From assembly GCA_964639945.1 (NCBI GenBank), contig CAZXHY010000001.1, forward strand, positions 9,527 to 73,526: a stretch of DNA of 64,000 bases. Direction: 5' to 3'. A program made the position numbers and the translations under genes. The notes beneath the pieces were generated by a model that was not told the DNA's origin, ran no database searches, and saw nothing but the letters and a program-made list of their open reading frames with translations. Positions 9,890 to 19,630 of the stretch are shown piece after piece (position 1 is the stretch's first letter; each line of letters starts with the position of its first letter). This stretch comes from an uncultured Gammaproteobacteria bacterium (GTDB lineage Bacteria > Patescibacteriota > Microgenomatia > UBA10105 > UBA927).

Positions 9890-9937
9890 GAGTTTGTGTG
9901 CTATATTCTTTCATAACCTACCCATCAGTATCTGAAT

Positions 9938-10432
9938 ATGATGTCCTTCTTAGAAAGAATTCATGTTGAGACAAATCCTCCTATCAACTCTATAGCCTTT
10001 ATTATTCCCGTTACCGGAACGCTACGAAACCCCGGTATTATAGTAGCTGAACGCTTGGAAGGTTTTAGGAAAGGAAGGCTTACATTTCCTGGTGGTGGTG
10101 TAGAACTTGGAGAGCGTCCAAGTCGTGGGGCAAGACGTGAAGCATGGGAGGAAGCTGGGTTACGTTTTAGAGAATCAGATTTGATTCCTGCACAACGCAA
10201 TCCTAGTCCTGAACGCTGGGATTTTAGTTTTCACAATGTCTACATGTACTGGGCATATGTAGATAGAAGAAAAATGAAGCCACAACGTAAAGAATCGAAA
10301 CTTGGAGAGTGGCAGGTGTTTTCGTTGCCCCAGATAGCCGATGCTGTTCGTGATATGAGACTTCCTCGATTTGTGTTAAACGGTTGGTGGTATGAGACGT
10401 TGCAGGACACTCGGTACGACAAGTTGAGTTAG
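9938..10432 (+). CDS. NUDIX hydrolase
   Basis: Nudix box 'FPGGGVELGERPSRGARREAWEEAGL'. Confidence 0.75.
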   Translation: MMSFLERIHVETNPPINSIAFIIPVTGTLRNPGIIVAERLEGFRKGRLTFPGGGVELGERPSRGARREAWEEAGLRFRESDLIPAQRNPSPERWDFSFHNVYMYWAYVDRRKMKPQRKESKLGEWQVFSLPQIADAVRDMRLPRFVLNGWWYETLQDTRYDKLS

Positions 10433-10468
10433 ATTGTCTTCTCGATGTGATTGCGCGATAATTAGATC

Positions 10469-11752
10469 ATGTCATTCCTCGATCGGGTCGTCATCACCAA
10501 TGCAAAAACTGTTTCTAGAACCAGTACGACATTGAGGTTGGGTGCTGGTGAAACATGGCCCGGAGAACTTGCCCTTTCTATTCGCCCAAAAATAGCCTCG
10601 TATTTCGCAAATCAACTCACCAAAGGTGTGATTTTGGTAGCTGGTACGAACGGGAAGACTACAACGACACTCATGATCAAAAAAATTCTGGAGTCCAAAG
10701 GCGATCGCGTGGTGACGAACGCAAGTGGGGCAAATCTCCTTAATGGCATTGTTTCTTCGTTTATAAAAAGTGCTGATTGGAAAGGTGACCTTCATGCAGA
10801 TGTCGGGCTATTTGAAGTGGACGAAAATTCCCTTCCAGTTGTGCTTCAATACATCACGCCGAAGCACATTGTTATATTAAATCTCTTTCGTGATCAGTTG
10901 GATAGGTACGGCGAAGTAGATATCATTATAGAAAAATGGCAAAAGGTGTTGCGAAACCTACTTTCCGGAACAGAAGTTATTTTAAATAGCGATGATCCGA
11001 GCGTGGCGTATCTGGGTAAACTAGTTTCGGGAAAGGTTACCTACTTCGGACTGAATGATGCGAAGAAATATATAAAAGAGAAAGAACATGCTACGGATTC
11101 TACCTTTTGCCCAAATTGTGGCGAACGCTTGAATTACAGCGGTGTATATTATTCCCATATTGGAATTTGGGAATGTAAAAAATGCGGGACGAAACGGCAA
11201 ACTCCAGATGTACACATCTTTCCACAGGTTCTTTCGGGGTTATATAACCAGTACAACACACTCGCGGCGGTAGCTTGTGCCAAGACGATGGGAATAAGTG
11301 AGGACACAGTTGCTTCTGCATTGCAGAATTTTGAGCCTGCATTTGGACGTCAGGAACTCCTTTCGTATCGAGGAAAAAAGGTGAAGCTTTTTTTGTCAAA
11401 AAATCCAACTGGGTTTAATGCATCGTTGCGCACTGTACAAGGCTTGGGAGCAAAACATCTTTTTCTCGTGCTCAATGATCGTATTCCAGATGGTCGTGAT
11501 GTGAGTTGGATATGGGATGTAGATTTTGAGATGCTAAAAAAAACTAGCACGTATGTGGCTGGTGACCGTGTATACGATTTGGCACTTCGATTGGCATATT
11601 CAGACGTAACACCTATTGTCGCTCGCGACCTTCAGGTTGGGTTACATGAGGCAGTTTCGGGGATGCCAAAAGGTGAGGTGTTGTATGTATTGGCTACATA
11701 TTCGGCGATGCTGGATGTGCGAAAAATATTGACAGGGAAAAAAATATTATGA
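10469..11752 (+). CDS. murT: Lipid II isoglutaminyl synthase subunit MurT (Mur ligase family with Cys4 zinc ribbon and DUF1727 C-terminus)
   Basis: Mur ligase P-loop (VAGTNGKTTTT). Cys4 ribbon (CPNCGERL...CKKCG). Immediately followed by gatD with a 4-nt overlap. Confidence 0.85.
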   Translation: MSFLDRVVITNAKTVSRTSTTLRLGAGETWPGELALSIRPKIASYFANQLTKGVILVAGTNGKTTTTLMIKKILESKGDRVVTNASGANLLNGIVSSFIKSADWKGDLHADVGLFEVDENSLPVVLQYITPKHIVILNLFRDQLDRYGEVDIIIEKWQKVLRNLLSGTEVILNSDDPSVAYLGKLVSGKVTYFGLNDAKKYIKEKEHATDSTFCPNCGERLNYSGVYYSHIGIWECKKCGTKRQTPDVHIFPQVLSGLYNQYNTLAAVACAKTMGISEDTVASALQNFEPAFGRQELLSYRGKKVKLFLSKNPTGFNASLRTVQGLGAKHLFLVLNDRIPDGRDVSWIWDVDFEMLKKTSTYVAGDRVYDLALRLAYSDVTPIVARDLQVGLHEAVSGMPKGEVLYVLATYSAMLDVRKILTGKKIL

Positions 11753-12510
11753 AACAAGTATTACGCATAGCGTGGCTCTATCCTGATCTTATGAGTACCT
11801 ACGGAGATCGTGGAAATGTTATCGTGCTCCAAAAAAGGTGTCAGTGGCGTGGGATAGAAGCCGAAATTGTTCCCGTGACGCTTGAGACTGATACAAAAAA
11901 ACTGAAAGAAAGCGATATAGTGTTTATGGGGGGTGCTCAAGATAGGCAACAAAAACTCGCTGGATCTGATTTCCTGAATCGCAAAGGACCTGTCGTGAAA
12001 ATCATGGTGGAGGGCGGCGTACCAGCGTTGTTTGTATGTGCAGCGTATCAGTTTGTTGGGAATTATTATAAACCGTATCAAGGCGAAAACATCGTTGGTG
12101 CTGGGATTTTTGATCTCTACACAGAACACTTAGGTGATCACGCAAAGCGCCTAATTGGGAATGTGGTTGCAGAAATTATCGATCCATACGAATTACGTGG
12201 ACAGAAGATCGTAGGTTTTGAAAATCATGGAGGATACACTCATTTAGGCACCAAAATGAAGCCATTTGCAAAAGTTGTAATAGGTGGCGGAAACAATGGT
12301 AGCGATGGATACGAGGGTGCCACATATAAGAATGCTATCGGTAGTTATTTTCATGGCCCACTGTTACCAAAAAATCCACATATAGCAGATTGGCTCATCC
12401 AAAAAGCTATAGAAAAAAAATATGGGAAGAGCGATATGCTCAAGCCTATTGATGATGCGCTGGCGCAAAACGCCCAACAGGCTGTAGCTAAGCGACTTGG
12501 GATTATATGA
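11749..12510 (+). CDS. gatD: Lipid II isoglutaminyl synthase glutaminase subunit GatD (CobB/CobQ-like glutamine amidotransferase)
   Basis: Type-1 GATase-like sequence (MKQVLRIAWLYPDLMSTYGDRGN...FVCAAYQF...). Translationally coupled to murT. Confidence 0.8.
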   Translation: MKQVLRIAWLYPDLMSTYGDRGNVIVLQKRCQWRGIEAEIVPVTLETDTKKLKESDIVFMGGAQDRQQKLAGSDFLNRKGPVVKIMVEGGVPALFVCAAYQFVGNYYKPYQGENIVGAGIFDLYTEHLGDHAKRLIGNVVAEIIDPYELRGQKIVGFENHGGYTHLGTKMKPFAKVVIGGGNNGSDGYEGATYKNAIGSYFHGPLLPKNPHIADWLIQKAIEKKYGKSDMLKPIDDALAQNAQQAVAKRLGII

Positions 12511-13112
12511 TCAAATTTATATATTTTGATTTGGGTGGAGTGGTTATAGATAACCATAAAGCACATAAAGAAATCGCAAAAATGGCTGGCTCGACGCCTG
12601 AGCAAATTTCTGACTTTTTTTCCGTAAATTGGAAAAAGGCGTGTGAAGGGGCCATGGATAGCGTGGCGTATATGAAATTGCTCAAAGATCAATTTAATGC
12701 TCCTCATCTGTCCAATGATTTTGTGAGCGTGCTGACTGACGCACAGGGCTTTTACGAAGAGACGCATCTTCTCATAGAAGAGTTGGCAGTAGATTACAAA
12801 CTTGGCATTCTTTCGAATGCAGAGTTTGGGGTCATAGACGCTTTATTTGCTAAAAAGAAAATCCCCAATGTAGCGTGGCACACTATAGTAGAATCCGCTC
12901 AGTACAATGTGGTGAAGCCTGATCCTAAGATATACGAAATCGCAGAAAAACTGGCAGGCGTATCTGCAGATGAATTGTTTTTTATCGATGATTTAGAGCA
13001 CAACGTAGATGCAGCTCGTGCCCGAGGTTGGCATGGAGAAGTGTTTGATCCGCATAAACCCACAGAATCAGTAAAAAAAATTAAGTCTGCATTGCGCGCT
13101 CATCAGAAGTAG
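12507..13112 (+). CDS. HAD-IA family hydrolase (phosphatase)
   Basis: Motif I 'IYFDLGGVVI' and motif IV 'FFIDDLEHNVDAA'. 4-nt overlap with gatD. Confidence 0.75.
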   Translation: MIKFIYFDLGGVVIDNHKAHKEIAKMAGSTPEQISDFFSVNWKKACEGAMDSVAYMKLLKDQFNAPHLSNDFVSVLTDAQGFYEETHLLIEELAVDYKLGILSNAEFGVIDALFAKKKIPNVAWHTIVESAQYNVVKPDPKIYEIAEKLAGVSADELFFIDDLEHNVDAARARGWHGEVFDPHKPTESVKKIKSALRAHQK

Positions 13113-13122
13113 AGACCCCGCC

Positions 13123-13494
13123 TCACCCCAGTTTGCGTCGGATGTTTTCGAGGCGCTCAAGTAATGTATCTACAGTTCTCATCTCTAGTGGGAGATGTGC
13201 CAAGACCTCCATAGCAAGTTGATCTGGCTGTAGTCCGCGACGATTTTTGCGAGAGCGAATTTCACCGCTTTTAATTTGGTAGGTTACTTTGCCTCCGGCA
13301 GCACTTTCGTCGATGAGAAAATGCACCTCACGGCCTCGACGTTTTTTTCTCCCTTTTCCATTGGAATGAGATTCGAATGAGACAATTCGAAGTTTGCGAA
13401 TAGCATCGTGTTGGGTGGATGCTTCCGCTCGTACCTCATCTAGCACGGATCGCTCGTAATCTTCTACGGCTTCTGGTTTACGACCTTTTCTCAT
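13123..13494 (-). CDS. Small basic protein, possibly the SUI1/YciH translation factor family
   Basis: 123 aa. 'GKGRKKRRGREVHFLI...AAGGKVTYQIKSGEIRSR' has the same order and spacing as the YciH 'GRKGKGV...CGCGGAVKDGVIEIQGD' segment. Weak match. Confidence 0.35.
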   Translation of the reverse strand: MRKGRKPEAVEDYERSVLDEVRAEASTQHDAIRKLRIVSFESHSNGKGRKKRRGREVHFLIDESAAGGKVTYQIKSGEIRSRKNRRGLQPDQLAMEVLAHLPLEMRTVDTLLERLENIRRKLG

Positions 13495-13550
13495 AGGACG
13501 AGCAGTTTACGATACTGTACAAGAGGTGCGTGCCAGAGAGCAAGAGGAAA

Positions 13551-13838
13551 TTATTCAATGCCAATAAACATGATTTTTGAGAAGATTTTTTGAATTTCCT
13601 CCATAAATTTTTCTGAGAGATTCATGGAGAATTTGCTGTATTGGCCTGCACCCATTTTCGCACAAAGTTTGCGTTCATAGTCACGGATGATATCCATGAC
13701 TTCGCTTCCTATAGCGTTAAATTTTTGTTTATTCATTTCAGGATTTAACACGTAGGCATCGTGTACCAAGGTGAATGAGTCAAATAGCTCTTTGTTATCG
13801 TCGAGCATTTCTTGTACGGCTAATCGATACTTTGTCAT
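13551..13838 (-). CDS. Hypothetical protein (95 aa)
   Basis: Protein-like composition. 4-nt overlap with the stop of the upstream large membrane protein gene. No recognised motif. Confidence 0.4.
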   Translation of the reverse strand: MTKYRLAVQEMLDDNKELFDSFTLVHDAYVLNPEMNKQKFNAIGSEVMDIIRDYERKLCAKMGAGQYSKFSMNLSEKFMEEIQKIFSKIMFIGIE

Positions 13839-16756
13839 ATATTACTACGATATCGATTTTTTTTGATTCGATCAAGAAGAAGATGTATATACCCAAGTTG
13901 CCATGGTAAAAATACGACAGATATTCCGCTTACCATGATGCCGATTATCGTGAGATTTTGTGGCCAATATATGATGCGGATAGACCGAGCAGGTCCACTT
14001 GGCACTATCCAACCGTTTGCATAGCCGTTTACTTGTATATGGCGCGTTGTGGTATTCGGGGTTGTCTCTATTGTCCATCCTTCGTCGAACGCATCACCAA
14101 AAGTGATTATATACGGTTCACTTGATGCTGAGACCTCTCCTTCAATTGAAGTAGGCGATGTACGGTGGTATACGATGCGCGGCGCTGTATGCGTCTCTAT
14201 ATTTTTTGATGAAATGCTATACAGTCTCGGTGGTTCCTCTTGAATTGTGTTATCAGATAAAATAAGCGTTACCTTTTGGACTCCCGCGCTGAGTAAAATT
14301 GGATATGTTGTGTCATGCTCATGACCATTTATAAGAAGTGTAGAATCAGCAGGTCTGTATTCCAAGTGAAGCATATATGAATCGGTACGAGGCAATGCGA
14401 ACGTGTATCGTAGCGTATTCGGTTCGGCTGTATATCGAAAAGCGTCGAGCGTAGCATACGTTTGTTTAAGCTTATTTTGTATGGGTTCGCTTATAGATTG
14501 AGATAAAGCAAGCGACGCTAACTGATTTTGGTAAAATGTCAGAAAATCCCAAGCACGGTTTGCATAATTGATTTGTGTTTGTCCTGACAACTCTGTGACA
14601 AGATCAGCTATCGCGCCAACATTATCGAGTAAACGGCTTGTGGTGTCTTCTATATGTGCGTAATTTTTTGACGATGAGCTTGTTAAATATGCGAGCTCTG
14701 CAATACGTTTTCCCATAAAGCCAATATGAAGATCTACCATACTTGCTCTGTTTTGTCGCATGGCTTGACTTGTTCTATTTTCTTTTGCAATTACGAGCTG
14801 GTATAGAGGAAAATCTGGAAATATTTTTAGATTTGGCAGAGACAAGTTTTTTATAGATTCACGTTCATATGGATCGCATCCGTGACATGTGGCTTCTATA
14901 ATTTCTCTTGTGATTGGTAGAGGGGGTTGATCGTGCGAAATAATTACGCTATTTTGTGGATTTTGTCCGATGTCGGCAATACTTGGTTGAAGTGAAGTAA
15001 ATATATCAACAGTTGAAAAAGTCTGCACTTGATGCGCAGTTGATTGTGCCACCTTGTAGAGTCGCCACGCACCATGTGTTGCTACATGTTGTGTGTCCGG
15101 AAGGGATAACAGTGTGTTTAGGTATGGAGCAAAATGCATTGATGTCGTAACCCCGTCTGTGTAGCGGATATCGTCTTGCCATAGTACATGTGTGATGCCA
15201 GTGATGCGTGCGAGTGCAGTGATTTTTTGTGTATCGCCAGTCTCAAAGGCACGATATATGTCTGATATAAGCATCGGTGCGTTTTTTTCATTGGCTACTA
15301 TGCTTCTAGCTGCGCCAAAATTAGGAAGCAGCGCGATGCTCCAATATCCCCATGTGTATGAATTAGAGAGAAATTTGTTATCGAGCGGTGGCAACAGTAG
15401 TATGCGATCTGTTTGTGCTGTTTTTGATTTTATGCTGGCAAGCATCTGGGGCACATATTCTGGGACAATGACTTTGGTGCTAAACTGAGGCGCGAACGCG
15501 AAAAATTTTGAGTCAAAATATTTGGAGTGATACGGGAAAATACCAATGAGTAGTATGCATGCAAGGAATAATCGAAGTTTCTTATTTTGTATTCGAAAAA
15601 GTAAATGCTGAAAAGAAATCCCAGAAAGTACAATGATAGGAAACCAAAGAGCTGGTGCAAATTTGAAAAATGAAGATCGAAATATTGCAAATCCGGGGAT
15701 ATGCTCGATCATAAAACGATAGATAAATCCGAGTGGGGGATGTGTGCCTGCTGCAAAAATAAGCCCAATAGGAATTAGGAGTAAAAGAGGTAAAACAATC
15801 TCTGACTTTTTGTGGTTTTTAGAAACATGCTTCCAGTCAAGCAACAAGAGTGCGATGAGTGTTATCGGAATAAAACTTGCGAGTTTCCCCAAGAAGTTGG
15901 TTTCGCCGAGTAAGCCCGGAACACCTTGTAGCCTGAGAAGGTTGAAATAACTTGTGCTAGTCGAGACTGTCGCTTCCCACGCAAGTATCCCCGCGGTCCC
16001 TCCGTGAGCACTAAGTTGTGCGGTATACCCAGTTATGGTTGTATGCGCCAGTGGAAGTATCCACCACGCGTTGGTAAGTACCGAAAGGATAAGGGTTGTA
16101 AAAACAAAGAGAATTAGTTGACCTCGAATACGCGTGTTTTTCTGTATCCAGAATAGTGTAACAATTGTTGTGCCCAGTGTAATGATGAGTGCGCCAAAAA
16201 GTGGCACAGAGCCACCGCCATTAAAAAAGAAAAGTATCAATGCTGCCAGCATGGCCGCTCGTATACCAGAAATGTTGCCCTGCGAGACGCGGGTGACAAG
16301 GGAAAACAATAGTGGGAGTGCGCAAAAGAGTGAAAATTTTGAGCGGTCTATATTTATCCATCCCTGAAGGATGTAAAAATTGTACATCCAAAGGAGACTG
16401 CACCAGAGACGGAGTGCCCAGAATTTGGATGAGGGATAAAGCGAACGTAAAGCAAAAAACATACTCGCGCCTATTAGGAAAAACCAAAAGACGAACATGA
16501 GTTGTTGTCCACTGTGTAGCGATCCGGTAAGAGTGTGAAAAAGAATTTCTGGCATTTTGACCATAAGAAGGCCCTTGTTTACAGACCAGTTATATCCGAA
16601 TGAAAGCGTGGGATTCCAAGAGTAAAAAAGATTCACTATGTGTTGGATTGCATCAATACGTCCGCCCGAGTCATTTCCCAAAATCACCTCCTGTGCATTC
16701 AACCACAAAAGAGGGGTAAAGCTTGATAGTGCGATGACGATGAGTTCCCAAATCAT
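13835..16756 (-). CDS. Large polytopic membrane protein, GT-C-like glycosyltransferase (DUF3367/AftD-like arabinofuranosyltransferase family?)
   Basis: 973 aa. The N-terminal ~430 aa carry many TM helices, followed by a large extracytoplasmic domain and a C-terminal TM anchor. This architecture is typical of GT-C enzymes. Family call is tentative. Confidence 0.6.
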   Translation of the reverse strand: MIWELIVIALSSFTPLLWLNAQEVILGNDSGGRIDAIQHIVNLFYSWNPTLSFGYNWSVNKGLLMVKMPEILFHTLTGSLHSGQQLMFVFWFFLIGASMFFALRSLYPSSKFWALRLWCSLLWMYNFYILQGWINIDRSKFSLFCALPLLFSLVTRVSQGNISGIRAAMLAALILFFFNGGGSVPLFGALIITLGTTIVTLFWIQKNTRIRGQLILFVFTTLILSVLTNAWWILPLAHTTITGYTAQLSAHGGTAGILAWEATVSTSTSYFNLLRLQGVPGLLGETNFLGKLASFIPITLIALLLLDWKHVSKNHKKSEIVLPLLLLIPIGLIFAAGTHPPLGFIYRFMIEHIPGFAIFRSSFFKFAPALWFPIIVLSGISFQHLLFRIQNKKLRLFLACILLIGIFPYHSKYFDSKFFAFAPQFSTKVIVPEYVPQMLASIKSKTAQTDRILLLPPLDNKFLSNSYTWGYWSIALLPNFGAARSIVANEKNAPMLISDIYRAFETGDTQKITALARITGITHVLWQDDIRYTDGVTTSMHFAPYLNTLLSLPDTQHVATHGAWRLYKVAQSTAHQVQTFSTVDIFTSLQPSIADIGQNPQNSVIISHDQPPLPITREIIEATCHGCDPYERESIKNLSLPNLKIFPDFPLYQLVIAKENRTSQAMRQNRASMVDLHIGFMGKRIAELAYLTSSSSKNYAHIEDTTSRLLDNVGAIADLVTELSGQTQINYANRAWDFLTFYQNQLASLALSQSISEPIQNKLKQTYATLDAFRYTAEPNTLRYTFALPRTDSYMLHLEYRPADSTLLINGHEHDTTYPILLSAGVQKVTLILSDNTIQEEPPRLYSISSKNIETHTAPRIVYHRTSPTSIEGEVSASSEPYIITFGDAFDEGWTIETTPNTTTRHIQVNGYANGWIVPSGPARSIRIIYWPQNLTIIGIMVSGISVVFLPWQLGYIHLLLDRIKKNRYRSNI

Positions 16757-16802
16757 GTGCTATAGTATACACGACGCTTCACACATTGGTCGTGTCATTA
16801 TC

Positions 16803-17807
16803 ATGATACAGTTTTTTATTAATATAATATTGTCAGTGTTACTGATCCCGTTGGGTGTTTGGTACTTCATACACGATCTACAGGTGAAGCCAGATCGTCG
16901 TATGCCAGAGCTGCATATGCCAATCACCAAACCCGCTGGTACATGGAAGCGTCTTCCTCGACTTCCTACGGATCGTTATGAGTTTGGTGCCGATAGAATT
17001 GGAGATAATATTTATGTAGTGGGCGGACAGTTTCTCCCCACAGTGTACGCACCATCAAGGAGAGTTGATGTGTATAGTATATCCAAAAAAACATGGACGA
17101 CTGCTGCAGATATTCCGCAGCCGGTACATCACCCCGGAGTCGTAACACTTGGAGACGAGTTGTATGTCGTAGGGGGCAATAGTTTTTACACAAACGCTAC
17201 TCGCGCGGTTTTTTCTTACTCACCCAAGACAAATACGTGGACGCAAAAAAAAGACTTACCCAGCAGGAGGGCGGCGTTGGGAGTCGTGAGTTTGGATGGG
17301 AAGCTTTATGTGTTTGGTGGATCTGAGCACGCAACAGGATACAAAGATGCATATGTATATGATCCTCAGAAAGATATGTGGTCAGAGATAGCATCGCTTC
17401 CTACTCCTCGTGAGCATTTGGCGAGTGCTGTGGTAGGTGGAACTATATATGCCATCGGAGGACTGACTGAACATTGGCTCAAACCATTGAGTACGGTGTA
17501 TGCATATGATCCTAAAAAAAATAGTTGGTCAGAAAAAGCCTCTCTTCCTATACCACTTAGTGGCATGGATGCTGTCGAATATGCCGGACAATTGTACGTG
17601 GTGGGTGGTCAGCAAAAGTGGGCGGTATCAAAATATACATTTGCATATGATCCGATGTCTAACACATGGACGAGAAGAGCAGATGTGCCTACTGGTAGAT
17701 ATGCGGGAGCAGTCGTGTCTTCGTCACTCGGCGTACATCTGATAGGAGGCGACGATGTAGTGTACGATACAAAATTTTTTCCTGAACATGATTTGTATCA
17801 TCCATAA
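16803..17807 (+). CDS. Kelch-repeat beta-propeller protein with N-terminal TM anchor
   Basis: About six repeats of '...LYVVGG...Y(D/S)P..N.W...' (DNIYVVGG, DELYVVGG, GKLYVFGG, GTIYAIGG, GQLYVVGG, LGVHLIGG). Start placed at ATG 16803 (MIQFFINIILS...) beyond the end of the divergent gene. A TATAGTAT -10-like element lies in the 46-bp divergent region. Confidence 0.75.
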   Translation: MIQFFINIILSVLLIPLGVWYFIHDLQVKPDRRMPELHMPITKPAGTWKRLPRLPTDRYEFGADRIGDNIYVVGGQFLPTVYAPSRRVDVYSISKKTWTTAADIPQPVHHPGVVTLGDELYVVGGNSFYTNATRAVFSYSPKTNTWTQKKDLPSRRAALGVVSLDGKLYVFGGSEHATGYKDAYVYDPQKDMWSEIASLPTPREHLASAVVGGTIYAIGGLTEHWLKPLSTVYAYDPKKNSWSEKASLPIPLSGMDAVEYAGQLYVVGGQQKWAVSKYTFAYDPMSNTWTRRADVPTGRYAGAVVSSSLGVHLIGGDDVVYDTKFFPEHDLYHP

Positions 17808-17865
17808 ACATACGACGGGTGACTAATGTATGTTCAATGCCTTCTGTCCGCGTTATAATCATCTC

Positions 17866-18207
17866 ATGAGTGGTATAAAAAAAATAATTAACACATCTTC
17901 GTCTACAGCGACTCTTTCTGTTTTAGACATTGATCGTATTGCTCGCTTAGCGCATATACCACTATCCGAAGACCAAGCAAAGGAGTTGGTGGGGGAGGTT
18001 GGTGTGACGGTTACATATGTATCGCAGCTTTCTGCAGTTTCTACAGAAGGGGTTGTGGAAACATCGCAAGTCACTGGGCTTGAAAATGTATTACGTGAAG
18101 ATGAGATAGACACCACGCGAATGTTTACCCAAGAAGAAGCATTGGCAAATGCCAAGCGCACGTATAACGGATTTTTTGTCGTGGATGCAGTGCTAGATGA
18201 AAAATAA
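17866..18207 (+). CDS. gatC: Asp-tRNA(Asn)/Glu-tRNA(Gln) amidotransferase subunit C
   Basis: 'LSVLDIDRIARLAHIPLSEDQAKEL' is a GatC N-terminus. ATG at 17866 lies 6 nt after a perfect TATAAT (17854-17859), suggesting a leaderless transcript. 2-nt gap to gatA. Confidence 0.75.
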   Translation: MSGIKKIINTSSSTATLSVLDIDRIARLAHIPLSEDQAKELVGEVGVTVTYVSQLSAVSTEGVVETSQVTGLENVLREDEIDTTRMFTQEEALANAKRTYNGFFVVDAVLDEK

Positions 18208-18209
18208 TT

Positions 18210-19628
18210 ATGTATATAGATTTACCAATTAGCGAACTTGCCAAAAAAATTAGATCGAAAGAACTTTCTATCGCAGAACTTGTATCTGAGTGTTACGATC
18301 GCATCGAACAGTTTGATCACTCGGTTCGTGCGTTTATAACACTCGTAGACAGATCAGAAGCGCTCAAACGTGCCTATGCATTAGAAGCGCGTTTAGACTC
18401 CGCTGCGTCGCCACTTTTGGGAATTCCTTATGTTATGAAGGATGCATACCTGACGCGAGGAGTCAGGACTACCGCAGCAAGCAAGATGTTGAGCGACTTT
18501 ATCCCGACATATAGTTCTACCGTGCATTCTCGTTTAGAAAGCGCTGGTGCAATTTTGATCGGGAAGATGAATATGGATGCATGGGGACATGGAGCAAGTA
18601 CTGAAAATACCGATTTTCCAATCACGCAAAATCCATGGGATAGCACGCGATCTGCAGGGGGAAGCGGCGGAGGGCCTGCAGCTGCTATCGCATCGCGATT
18701 TTGTGTGTTTGGTATGGGGGAAGACACAGGTGGCTCTATAAGGAATCCCGCAGCATGGAACAACATCACCGCACTCAAGGTGACATATGGTCGCGTATCT
18801 CGCTATGGCGCTATTGCATATGCGTCATCTTTGGACACCATGGGTCCGACAGCCAAGACTGCAGAAGACTGTGCACACATTTTGCAAGCTGTAGCTGGTC
18901 TTGATCCCTACGACGCAACTACTTCACCTCACATCGTGCCAGAGTACGCTAAAGCATTAGCTGGTGGTGTAAAAGGTAAAAAAATTGCATTTCCAAAAGA
19001 ATTTTATGGCGAAGCGCTTGATCCAGAGATACGCGATGCCATACTGAAGGCTCGTGATGAATTTATCAGTCTGGGTGCAATTGTTGAGGAAGTATCATTG
19101 CCTCTCTTAGAATATGGTGTACCTGTGTATTACATTCTCGCTCCTTCTGAAACCAGTTCGAATTTGAGCAGATATGATGGAGTACGATTTGGCGGGAGTA
19201 GAGAGTTGTTTACCAAAGAATCCAAACGTCGCATTATGACGGGCACATATGCGTTATCGAGTGGATACTATGACGCGTATTACAAAAAGGCTCAAAAAGT
19301 TCGGTCACTATTTATCAAAGAATATACAGCGATGCTTACCAAATACGATGCAATTCTATCTCCAGTGACCCCCATGATGCCGACCAAATTTGGAGAGCTC
19401 GTTAATGACCCGCTCAAAAACATGATGGCGGATTTGTATACCGTTACTGTAAGTATCGTCGGACTTCCATCGTTGTCATTGCCTTGCGGGTTTAGTGCAT
19501 CAGGGCTCCCTATCGGCATGCAGTTGGTTGGCAAGATGTTTAGTGAAGATGTACTACTTGGGATGGGCGCTGCATATCAGGGAAAAACCGGTTGGCATGC
19601 AATGCAGCCGTTGTTGCTGTCTAAATAA
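18210..19628 (+). CDS. gatA: Glutamyl-tRNA(Gln) amidotransferase subunit A (amidase signature family)
   Basis: Amidase signature 'GGSGGGPAAAIAS' and an overall GatA-like sequence (YVMKDAYLTRGVRTTAASKML). Confidence 0.9.
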   Translation: MYIDLPISELAKKIRSKELSIAELVSECYDRIEQFDHSVRAFITLVDRSEALKRAYALEARLDSAASPLLGIPYVMKDAYLTRGVRTTAASKMLSDFIPTYSSTVHSRLESAGAILIGKMNMDAWGHGASTENTDFPITQNPWDSTRSAGGSGGGPAAAIASRFCVFGMGEDTGGSIRNPAAWNNITALKVTYGRVSRYGAIAYASSLDTMGPTAKTAEDCAHILQAVAGLDPYDATTSPHIVPEYAKALAGGVKGKKIAFPKEFYGEALDPEIRDAILKARDEFISLGAIVEEVSLPLLEYGVPVYYILAPSETSSNLSRYDGVRFGGSRELFTKESKRRIMTGTYALSSGYYDAYYKKAQKVRSLFIKEYTAMLTKYDAILSPVTPMMPTKFGELVNDPLKNMMADLYTVTVSIVGLPSLSLPCGFSASGLPIGMQLVGKMFSEDVLLGMGAAYQGKTGWHAMQPLLLSK

Positions 19629-19630
19629 TT

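Noticed and set aside
13872-16500. Several 60-100 aa ORFs inside or antisense to the 973-aa membrane-protein gene
   Set aside because: Fully embedded in a long, coherent ORF with consistent TM and domain architecture. No RBS.
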